Shown here one piece after another: positions 25,772 to 33,624 of a DNA stretch of 64,000 bases. The notes below the pieces were generated by a model. That model had not been told where the DNA came from. It searched no databases and saw only the letters and a program-made list of their open reading frames with translations. Position 1 is the first letter of the stretch. Every line of letters starts with the position of its first letter. The position numbers and the translations under genes are program-made. This DNA comes from Lentisphaerota bacterium (GTDB lineage Bacteria > Verrucomicrobiota > Lentisphaeria > Victivallales > Victivallaceae): the NCBI GenBank assembly GCA_015061775.1, contig SUVY01000002.1, forward strand, positions 12,157 to 76,156. Direction: 5' to 3'.

Positions 25772-26598
25772 GACAACCTCTCAACTATAAGATCAGGTTT
25801 ATATTCAGGAGCCGCCTTTTCGGCATCCTCTCTGCTGGACAAACCTGTCAGCACCAGGCATGAACCGAGACCGGAAAGATTTGCACCGCGGATATCGCTG
25901 TTGAGCCAGTCGCCGACCGCGAGGTGATGCTTGGCTGGTTCGTTGCCCTCCCCGAGACGGGCAATAGCTTCGCGGTAGATCGGAGCAAAAGGTTTTCCGA
26001 AATAGATACGCTCCTTCTCAATTCCGCGCTCGCGGAGCAAACGGATGATAAGCTCCATCTGTCCGTTGGAGCAAATGGAAAATCCGTCTTTTAACGGATT
26101 GAGTATATCGGGATTGGAGACCAGAAAGGGCTTCTCGGGAAACTTTATAAAAAAGTTCACCAGAGCTGTCATAGTGGTCATCCAGTCGTATTTTCCGCCG
26201 TTATGGATGACTCCGTCGCATTCCATTATCTTATCTGGGTCGTTCTCATAGGTGATGACTCCGGGAACATCCTGCTGTCTGCCTATAAGAAAATAACGCC
26301 ACTCCCTGCCGGTGGTATTTACTCTTTTAAAATACCCGGGCACAGGATCGGAACATGATACGACTTCATCAGGTTCTGCATAGACTCCGACACCTTTGAG
26401 CCTCACAGCGATCTCTTCGTGAGTATTGGTCGAATTGTTGGTCAAAAAGAAAAAGGGGACTTTATCTTTTCTCAGAATATCGAGGAACTCTGCGGCTCCG
26501 GGAACAGGAGAATTTCCGAGCAAAAGCGTTCCATCGATATCAAACATATATGATTTGAAACGGTGCGGATCTTCGCGGTAAATATCAAGCAGGGTCAT
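25768..26598 (-). CDS. HAD-IIA family hydrolase (NagD-like sugar phosphatase)
   Basis: Start at ATG 26598; the ORF-track start overlaps the upstream gene. Motifs: FDIDGTLL, FLTNNST, GDWLNSDIRGA. Confidence 0.75.
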   Translation of the reverse strand: MTLLDIYREDPHRFKSYMFDIDGTLLLGNSPVPGAAEFLDILRKDKVPFFFLTNNSTNTHEEIAVRLKGVGVYAEPDEVVSCSDPVPGYFKRVNTTGREWRYFLIGRQQDVPGVITYENDPDKIMECDGVIHNGGKYDWMTTMTALVNFFIKFPEKPFLVSNPDILNPLKDGFSICSNGQMELIIRLLRERGIEKERIYFGKPFAPIYREAIARLGEGNEPAKHHLAVGDWLNSDIRGANLSGLGSCLVLTGLSSREDAEKAAPEYKPDLIVERLS

Positions 26599-26602
26599 AG
26601 TA

Positions 26603-27952
26603 TCAAAATAATTCCTGTTGTTTTTTCTCTGCCAGCAGCACACTGTTGGGCAGAAGCTCTATTTGTATTGAACCGTCGGCATCGGCGGCAATGGAAATTT
26701 CTTCGAGATCAAGGTGTTTATCGAGCAATCTGAAAGAGTATTTGCTGAAATCATCTCCTGAAAGAGTAACTCCGCGGCTCTTTGCCTTGTCATCATCGGT
26801 GTAGTACACCGCCATCACGGCGCGTTTGCCTTCGCTGTTTCCGGCGCAGGTGATGAAGACGTCGCTGTCGTCGCTGGAAGAAGCGTATTGAGTTCCCAGC
26901 TTGTACAGCTCGTTGAAGGCGGCAAAGGGGTAGTATCCCTTCAGCGGCTCGAGGGTGTAGTAGTCGAAAATGCCGTTAAACGGCGTCGGACGGGCGTCGT
27001 AATACATCAGCATATCAAGTCCGGCATTCTGACAGCCGCACATACATCCGGCAGTGAACGCCGCCCCCTTGATGCCGATGATCTGCCTGATGGAGTAGAT
27101 GAACAACTCCGTCCACCCCTTGACGTAGTTGTACTCGTTGAGGATGCTTTCGGTTCCGGTGAATCCGGCAGCGTCGAGCTTGGAGCGGACGATTTGGTGA
27201 CGCTCGACCACTTTATGCACATCGGGCGAGTAGATGTGCCAGCTGCAGAAATCCAACGGGGAGTTGTGTTCTTTCACATAACCGATAAAGTTATCGAGCC
27301 ATTCGCCCACATGGTGAGCCAGAGCAGGACCTCCGACTTTGATGTCGGGAAAGCACGCTTTAAGGTGCTTTGCCGTCACGTCATAGAGTTCGTAAAACTG
27401 CTCCGGAGTACCGCTCCAACAGCGGAAATTGGTGCGTCCGGGTTCGGCATCGAGGTCGGGTTCGTTCCAGATCTCCCAATACTTGAGATCGTACCTGAAG
27501 CCGTCTGCCCAGCCCTCGTTGTAGTGCCGGATGATGTGTTCGCAGATACGCGCCCACTTGCTGAAGTCTGCTGGAGGATGGATGTTGTACTTCTTTACTC
27601 CGTGTTCGATCTTGGCTCCCAGACGGTAGAAAGTTTCAGTACCTGCAAGAAAAGTGTCGGCAACATACTTGTCGGTCATAGCAAAATCATACGCCGTCTC
27701 ATCTTCAGGATCACGCGAAAAATCCGGAAATATGAAGGCAACATCTACAGTATGTTCTCCGCCGTATCCGGAGTAGAACGCGGCATCGTGGTTGCGGGCA
27801 AAAGGGATACCTGCCGCTTTGTATTCAGCAAGATTTGATCTTGTCTGGCCGCTGGGGCGCCCCGGAATAGGACCGTTATTGACGCAGTGCATCGGTTTGA
27901 CCGCGCCGCAGACAGTTGAAAAATCAACGGTGAGATTTGCCATTATTCCCAT
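26603..27952 (-). CDS. Clan GH-A glycoside hydrolase (GH39-like)
   Basis: 449 aa (alternative start at 27943). The WEIWNEPD acid/base motif sits in a (beta/alpha)8-like N-terminal part, followed by a beta-sandwich-like C-terminus. No signal peptide. Confidence 0.55.
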   Translation of the reverse strand: MGIMANLTVDFSTVCGAVKPMHCVNNGPIPGRPSGQTRSNLAEYKAAGIPFARNHDAAFYSGYGGEHTVDVAFIFPDFSRDPEDETAYDFAMTDKYVADTFLAGTETFYRLGAKIEHGVKKYNIHPPADFSKWARICEHIIRHYNEGWADGFRYDLKYWEIWNEPDLDAEPGRTNFRCWSGTPEQFYELYDVTAKHLKACFPDIKVGGPALAHHVGEWLDNFIGYVKEHNSPLDFCSWHIYSPDVHKVVERHQIVRSKLDAAGFTGTESILNEYNYVKGWTELFIYSIRQIIGIKGAAFTAGCMCGCQNAGLDMLMYYDARPTPFNGIFDYYTLEPLKGYYPFAAFNELYKLGTQYASSSDDSDVFITCAGNSEGKRAVMAVYYTDDDKAKSRGVTLSGDDFSKYSFRLLDKHLDLEEISIAADADGSIQIELLPNSVLLAEKKQQELF

Positions 27953-27955
27953 TCC

Positions 27956-29587
27956 TTACTTTATATCGATGGCGACAGGAGGCACAGCATCTCCGGCAAG
28001 ATCTCCGGAAATCACACTCACTGCGGCGTACATCGAAGCCGCGACCGCTCCGTAAGTGCAGATATAGTTGCGGCACTCACCCAGCACCTCGTAGTCGTAG
28101 GGAGAATCCATCGCGACCACGATGACCTTTTTGCCTTCGAGTTTCAGAATGGCGTTGATGAGATCAGCCTGCTCCTTGTAGAGGATGGCATTGACCGCGC
28201 CGATGATGATGGTGTCATAGTTTTCCGCCGCGGCAAGAATACGTTTGGCTTCAAGAGCCGTCGGCTTCAAATGGGTGGTCATACAATCCGTGAGCGGATA
28301 CTCCAGCCGCACAGCCTGATAGAGCATATCGACTGACTGCTCGGGATCCATGGCGGCGAGTATCTTCTGCGGCTCGACACACACTGTGAGGATATCTGCG
28401 CCTTTGGCAAGCGGAAGATCTTCTCCCTTGAAACAGCTTACAGAGCGTTCAGCCAGTTCGTCCGCAATCTCTTTGTGCTCAAAGCATCCGACTATACGAT
28501 CGGCTTCTTCCGGATCGACATAGGGATTATCAAGCAGGCCGATTCCATTCTTTTTGGTCAATATCCGGCGCACGGCGGCGTCGATGATGTCCATGGATAT
28601 CTTTCCAGACTTTGCCGCCTCAAGTATGGCGGAGTATCCATCCGTGAAATGATTGATATCGCCTCTGAGCAGTACAAGATCACATCCGGCAAGAACGGCT
28701 TTTACACTCGCTTCTCCAGTTCCGTATTTATTCTGGATCGCCGGCATACGCATGGCATCAGTCTCCACAAGTCCATCGAAGCCGAGCTTTTCTCTCAGGT
28801 ACCCGGTTATCATCTTGTAAGACATGGTTGCAGGATACTCATCATCGACACAATGGGTGAGGACGTGTCCTGTCATAACTCCATCAACACCATTGGCGAA
28901 GAGCGTCTTCATGGGAGCAATATCAGTAGAGTCCAGCTCCTCGAAGCTCTTGACTATCTCAGCGAGCCCCTTGTGGGCATCGGTCGCAACTGAGCCGTAA
29001 CCGGGAAAATGCTTTGCCATACTGGCGATTCCGGCATCCTTGAATCCCTTCATCATGGCGAGCGCGTGTGCAGTCACCTTTTCGACGTCCTGCCCAAAGC
29101 TCGCTGATTTCATGGTCTTGCGGCCGCTCTGAGTAAGCACATCGACGATCGGAGCCTGAACGAGATTTATTCCCATTGCGGCAAACTCTTTGCCGGTGGC
29201 ATAAGCGACACGGTAGGTGAGATCATAATCGTCTGCAGCTCCGAAAGACATGTGTCCGCTGTAAGCAAAAGCTCCTGAACGGTTGACGTCATTGCGGATG
29301 CTGCCTTCCTGATCGACAGCTATGAAAAGCGGAATATCTGCCTTCTTCTGGATGGAATTCATAAACTCAGCCATTCCGGAAGGAGTATAGTAAAAGTTGG
29401 GCTCTCCGACCAGTTCGCTGTTGCCGTCATACTCGGCATTGGGGCAGTAACGCAGCATACCGACCTTGTATTCGGTGATGCACTTTTCTATATCTTCGGT
29501 AAGTTCGCCCTTCTGCAGGATCGGAACACACATCTGTCCGACTTTCTGTTCGAGGGTCATTGAAGAAAGAAGTTTTTCGATATCCAT
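27956..29587 (-). CDS. Glycoside hydrolase family 3 (beta-N-acetylhexosaminidase/beta-glucosidase type)
   Basis: 543 aa. Motifs: LEQKVGQM, IAVDQEG, KHFPGYG, and the nucleophile region VETDAM. No signal peptide. Confidence 0.85.
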   Translation of the reverse strand: MDIEKLLSSMTLEQKVGQMCVPILQKGELTEDIEKCITEYKVGMLRYCPNAEYDGNSELVGEPNFYYTPSGMAEFMNSIQKKADIPLFIAVDQEGSIRNDVNRSGAFAYSGHMSFGAADDYDLTYRVAYATGKEFAAMGINLVQAPIVDVLTQSGRKTMKSASFGQDVEKVTAHALAMMKGFKDAGIASMAKHFPGYGSVATDAHKGLAEIVKSFEELDSTDIAPMKTLFANGVDGVMTGHVLTHCVDDEYPATMSYKMITGYLREKLGFDGLVETDAMRMPAIQNKYGTGEASVKAVLAGCDLVLLRGDINHFTDGYSAILEAAKSGKISMDIIDAAVRRILTKKNGIGLLDNPYVDPEEADRIVGCFEHKEIADELAERSVSCFKGEDLPLAKGADILTVCVEPQKILAAMDPEQSVDMLYQAVRLEYPLTDCMTTHLKPTALEAKRILAAAENYDTIIIGAVNAILYKEQADLINAILKLEGKKVIVVAMDSPYDYEVLGECRNYICTYGAVAASMYAAVSVISGDLAGDAVPPVAIDIK

Positions 29588-29594
29588 TATATTA

Positions 29595-30413
29595 CTATCC
29601 TTTTATTGCTGAATTGAACTTTTCCAGAAGTTCATTCTGTATCAACTGATCGAATTTTCCGTCAAGATAGATGTCGAGGTAGCGGTCACAAAAGAGCTGC
29701 CACGACTCATCTTCCCTGCCCGGAATCATGGGATAAAACCATGCACCAGCAGACTGGGCTGCCTCAAGATCGCCTTTGGCGTCTCCGAGCATGAGTTTGC
29801 AGATATTCTCATATTTGCCGTCGGTCGCGGCTTTGAGCTGGGCTTTCTTGTTTCCGAACTCCTGACCGTAAACTTTTGAGACACAGTCGAGCAGACCATC
29901 TTTTTTCCAATCGCTCTCCAGGCTCTGCATACTTGCGCTCGATATCACGGCGATATCAGCGTGAGGGCAGGCTTTTTCAAGGCACTTCTTTACCATGGGA
30001 AACGGCATAAGAGTCTCGACTTCCTTCTGGAACACCGCATCTGCCTCAGCACTCCATACCAGAACATCTTTCAAAAAGGCGTCTTCGTGAGTTTTGAGGT
30101 ATTCTGTCAATGTTGCGTTGGAGAGTTTGCCGGCATCTTTAAGAAATCCATCTATTCCTGAATAATCCGGAACAGGTATTCCGGCAGCTTTGAAGCTGTC
30201 GAATGTGACTTTAAGTCCGGAAAAACGGTCTATACCGCGGGTCGGACTGTAAAGATTTATATACTCACATATCTCCGAAACCTTCTCGGAGTATTCCTCA
30301 AGTTTCCACACTCTTATCATCGCAGGAATAAATGCCTTGCGATGCTTGATGGTCATGCTGTCAAAAGCAGTTCCATCGGAGTCTATTCCAATAAAATACC
30401 TCTTCATTTTCAA
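29595..30413 (-). CDS. HAD-superfamily hydrolase
   Basis: 272 aa. Motif I is IGIDSDGTAFDS and motif IV is LGDAKGDLEAA. Confidence 0.65.
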   Translation of the reverse strand: MKMKRYFIGIDSDGTAFDSMTIKHRKAFIPAMIRVWKLEEYSEKVSEICEYINLYSPTRGIDRFSGLKVTFDSFKAAGIPVPDYSGIDGFLKDAGKLSNATLTEYLKTHEDAFLKDVLVWSAEADAVFQKEVETLMPFPMVKKCLEKACPHADIAVISSASMQSLESDWKKDGLLDCVSKVYGQEFGNKKAQLKAATDGKYENICKLMLGDAKGDLEAAQSAGAWFYPMIPGREDESWQLFCDRYLDIYLDGKFDQLIQNELLEKFNSAIKG

Positions 30414-30730
30414 AGTCCCAGCTTATCTTCGATCTCGGAACAGATCATATATCCCAGAAGTTTGTTGACAAGTTTACCTTCCTTATAATAGAAGAGAGCA
30501 GGAATGGTATCGATTCCGAGAGAGACAGCGACGCTGACAAGTTCCGGATCACCGGAAACATCAACTTTGCCGACCACGATATCGTCATGGGCTTTGGCAA
30601 ATTTTTCCAGCTCCGGAGCAAGACGTTTGCAGGGGCCGCACCACTCAGCCCAGAAGTCGATGAGAACGGCTTTTTCACTCTGGCTGGTGAGCTGTTCAAA
30701 GGAGGATTTTGTAAGGTGGATGACTTCCAT
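30410..30730 (-). CDS. trxA: Thioredoxin
   Basis: 106 aa with the WAEWCGPCK active site. Its stop overlaps the next gene's start. Confidence 0.88.
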   Translation of the reverse strand: MEVIHLTKSSFEQLTSQSEKAVLIDFWAEWCGPCKRLAPELEKFAKAHDDIVVGKVDVSGDPELVSVAVSLGIDTIPALFYYKEGKLVNKLLGYMICSEIEDKLGL

Positions 30731-30733
30731 AAA

Positions 30734-30946
30734 CTATTTTTCCTTATAATAGAGTTTGCAGTAACAGTATCCCTCAAAATCAGGATCGGCGATCTGGTCG
30801 CGGAACTCCTTGCAAATACAGAGATTTTCCGGAGTCCGCTGAAGACGGCACGGACAGTATCCCTGTTTCATTTCGAGGGCGGATTGTATCTTTTTTACCA
30901 GCTCAACATCGGGATTGAGACGGACATTTGAAGGCAGTTCTGCCAT
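30734..30946 (-). CDS. Ferredoxin:thioredoxin reductase catalytic-subunit-like protein (FTR-like, mini form)
   Basis: Start at ATG 30946, with AGGAG 7 nt upstream. 70 aa with three CxC pairs at FTR-like spacing: GYCPCR, LCICK, GYCYCK. Confidence 0.7.
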   Translation of the reverse strand: MAELPSNVRLNPDVELVKKIQSALEMKQGYCPCRLQRTPENLCICKEFRDQIADPDFEGYCYCKLYYKEK

Positions 30947-30978
30947 ATTATACTCCTGTTTTGATTTGTTCAAAAGGT

Positions 30979-31007
30979 AATATAACTTCAAAACAGCTCC
31001 GTTTCAA
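30979..31007 (-). promoter_or_regulatory. Promoter of the FTR-like/trxA-headed operon
   Basis: The minus strand reads TTGAAA (31007-31002), a 17-nt spacer, then TATATT (30984-30979), 32 nt upstream of ATG 30946. Confidence 0.5.
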
Positions 31008-31025
31008 GCATTTTGAGGCATAAAA

Positions 31026-32723
31026 TCAATTTGTTATATATATGCGGCGGCGCACATCTCGCGTATGGGCGTCAGCGGTATCTTTGTCTGTGACCCCGAT
31101 CTCGATCTCGGAGGTGCGTTCTACCGGGAGATACTCCACCCAATGAACAGCAACGTCATGATACTTGCCGTCTCCGCCGTAAACAGGAACAAAATCGACC
31201 CTGTCCTCGCCTCTGAAACCGTATGCAGTGACAGAAACGGTTCCTCCATTCTCATGAGAACTGTCTGTGGCTTTCAATATACTGTGAGTTATACACTTGC
31301 GGTGTTCAAAACGGGACTCACCGAGATAATTGGCAAAGCTCTCATTTTCCCAGAAAGAGACTCCTTTCCACCACTCCTGGTTGTGGATGCTGTTTTGGGT
31401 GCGCATTTGCTGATAAATAGGAATAGTCAACAGCGGAGCCATAGCGAAATACACCGATTTGAAAAACTCCTTACTGCGCCTGATAAAGAAATCTTTGCCC
31501 CGGTCATAAGAGAAATTGACAAACTGACGCGGATCGACATCTATATCGCACTCCTGCAAATGTACCGGAGCGACAAAGTTTAATTTACCGCGTTTGGAAA
31601 AGAAGAAATCGTCTCCGTAACCGACTTCGGTATCATTGAGCAGATTCACCATCTGCTGCTGCGCAAGCGGAGTGAACAGGACGCGGAACTCAACCTCGTC
31701 ATCCCGGTCCTCGGCATGGAACAATACCTCGAACTCACGGTTGCTCATCATGGTAAAGTCGGAGTCGTCGTCAAGATTACGGGCTAACTTTTCCAGCTTT
31801 TTGAGTTCCATTTTTTTGGATATATTACTAAAAAAACCGTCTTTTCCGGAGTGGGACGACGGCTCACGGCTGAAGCTGAGCTTGGGTGCGGCGTCGTTTC
31901 CGTATATGACTATACTCTCATCGGTATAGTCAGGAAACGGTTTAGTGACAGTCGCAACAAGTGTCTCATGGCGGGTCTCGCGGCGGCGTTTTCCATCAGA
32001 ATCCGTCACATACACGGTGTAAGTAATGACCTTTGTACCGGTGTAAGTCTTGCTTCCCCAGATCTGGCGGCGGTACTTGGCGATGACAAAGGGATTGCCG
32101 TTTATGACTCCGCTGTGGGCAAAAAGAATCGACTTTCCGTCATTATACGAGCTGTTAAAACCGAAAGAATACTCAAGTTCGCTGATTCTGTCCGCCCTGA
32201 AATAGGGATCGAACTCAAGACGCGGAACACACTTTGACACCATTTCAGTAAGCGTATCCCAGTTAAAGAGAGCATTAAGCGGAGCCATCTGATTCCACGC
32301 GGTATTGGTCAAGGTCTTTATTTCCGCTTCAAGAATACCGATCATGCTGTTCAGATTTGCGAGCTTTTTCCAGAAAAAGATTATTCCGGCAAGCGACACA
32401 GTAAACACTATGACCGTCTTTAAAACAGTATCCGCAGATATATTATCTCCGTCGGAAGTCAAAAGATATATTCCGTAAACGAGAGAACCTATACCGCCTA
32501 TCCACGCACATACGGCAATAAAGGTATAAAAAGTACGCCACGCCTCAAGACTGTTCTTTTTGGCAGTCTTCCGGTCGATTTCAGATACAGTTTTACGGTT
32601 TGCCTGAATATCGACAGCCGAAACTTCTGTCATCCAGTCAAAGGTTTCGACAGCTATGCGGGCAAATTTTTCCTTGAATTCGTCGCGGTAGCGGACAAGT
32701 GGTTCGTAGATATCTTCAACCAT
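31026..32723 (-). CDS. Hypothetical membrane protein (two TM helices plus a C-terminal domain of about 440 aa), partner of LemA
   Basis: 565 aa. The start is 3 nt after the lemA stop. TM hairpin: WRTFYTFIAVCAWIGGIGSLVYGIYLL and VLKTVIVFTVSLAGIIFFW. I recognise no catalytic motif. Confidence 0.6.
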   Translation of the reverse strand: MVEDIYEPLVRYRDEFKEKFARIAVETFDWMTEVSAVDIQANRKTVSEIDRKTAKKNSLEAWRTFYTFIAVCAWIGGIGSLVYGIYLLTSDGDNISADTVLKTVIVFTVSLAGIIFFWKKLANLNSMIGILEAEIKTLTNTAWNQMAPLNALFNWDTLTEMVSKCVPRLEFDPYFRADRISELEYSFGFNSSYNDGKSILFAHSGVINGNPFVIAKYRRQIWGSKTYTGTKVITYTVYVTDSDGKRRRETRHETLVATVTKPFPDYTDESIVIYGNDAAPKLSFSREPSSHSGKDGFFSNISKKMELKKLEKLARNLDDDSDFTMMSNREFEVLFHAEDRDDEVEFRVLFTPLAQQQMVNLLNDTEVGYGDDFFFSKRGKLNFVAPVHLQECDIDVDPRQFVNFSYDRGKDFFIRRSKEFFKSVYFAMAPLLTIPIYQQMRTQNSIHNQEWWKGVSFWENESFANYLGESRFEHRKCITHSILKATDSSHENGGTVSVTAYGFRGEDRVDFVPVYGGDGKYHDVAVHWVEYLPVERTSEIEIGVTDKDTADAHTRDVRRRIYITN

Positions 32724-32726
32724 TTA

Positions 32727-33389
32727 TCAGAAGAAGACTCCGCGGGCTCTTGCTTTGGTCTCGGCAGAAGCGGTGAACGGAATACGGGTAGTATATCCGG
32801 CTTTGGCGGCAACGATCATCTTGGTCGGCCAGTCATAGATATCGGTATTCCACTGGTTGACTGTGTCGTTGTAGAGAGTACGGGCAGCGGTGATCTCCTT
32901 CTGGAGATAGCTGTTCTGCTGCATCGCATCGGCAATGGCTTCATGCGCCTTAAGTTCAGGATAAGCCTCCATGTGAGGAACCAAACTTGCGAACACTCCG
33001 TCAAGCTGACGTGAGACCTCGTTGCGCTCGGCATCGGGATTCATTCCTCCGCGGAATGCAGCTACGCTCTTCATCACATCTTTATCAAGATCTATTGCCT
33101 TCTCAAGCAGCGGAGCCACGTTCTGAAGAATCTGGACACGCTGCTCGATATAGTTGTCTATCTGAGACGCATCCGCCTGGATCTTCTGCTGAAGCTGACG
33201 GAAATAGTTGGCTGCATTCGTCTTCATGAAGAGAAAGATGATTCCGGGGAGGATTCCCAGTACCCACAGCATTATTTCAAATATCACCGACCCAACTCCC
33301 GTCTTTACCGGAAGCTGCTTTTCGATCACATTGATGTCGCGTCCTTCTGCATTCACATAACCTGTCAATTCATCAAGTTCATTAGCCAT
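32727..33389 (-). CDS. lemA: LemA family protein
   Basis: Start at ATG 33389 (GGGGG RBS); the ORF-track start at 33458 lies in the promoter. One N-terminal TM helix precedes the LemA core (YPELKA......L...L...E..I..AR..YN..V...N). Confidence 0.85.
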   Translation of the reverse strand: MANELDELTGYVNAEGRDINVIEKQLPVKTGVGSVIFEIMLWVLGILPGIIFLFMKTNAANYFRQLQQKIQADASQIDNYIEQRVQILQNVAPLLEKAIDLDKDVMKSVAAFRGGMNPDAERNEVSRQLDGVFASLVPHMEAYPELKAHEAIADAMQQNSYLQKEITAARTLYNDTVNQWNTDIYDWPTKMIVAAKAGYTTRIPFTASAETKARARGVFF

Positions 33390-33435
33390 GATCGCCCCCT
33401 GTATATTGTTGCAGTTTAAAATGTTGACTGGAATA

Positions 33436-33463
33436 AATATAGCACACAATAAAGTCATTGCAA
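33436..33463 (-). promoter_or_regulatory. Promoter of the lemA two-gene operon
   Basis: The minus strand reads TTGCAA, a 16-nt spacer, then TGcTATATT (extended -10). Confidence 0.5.
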
Positions 33464-33541
33464 GACCCCGTTCGCAAAAAAATATACTATTTTAATAAAG
33501 ACATCCTTAAGATTAAAACATTATAAAAATTATCGTTTCCC

Positions 33542-33570
33542 TTGATTTTTAAGAAAAAGAGTGGTATAGT
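33542..33570 (+). promoter_or_regulatory. Promoter of the symporter gene
   Basis: TTGATT, a 17-nt spacer, then TGgTATAGT (extended -10). Confidence 0.5.
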
Positions 33571-33624
33571 ATTAGAATGACACATTTTTAACAACACATA
33601 AAAAAGGGAAAGGAATAGTAAAAA

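Noticed and set aside
26888-27838. A 316-aa plus-strand ORF inside the GH-A hydrolase gene
   Set aside because: It lies antisense to a coding frame carrying the WEIWNEPD motif. Its composition is that of a shadow frame.
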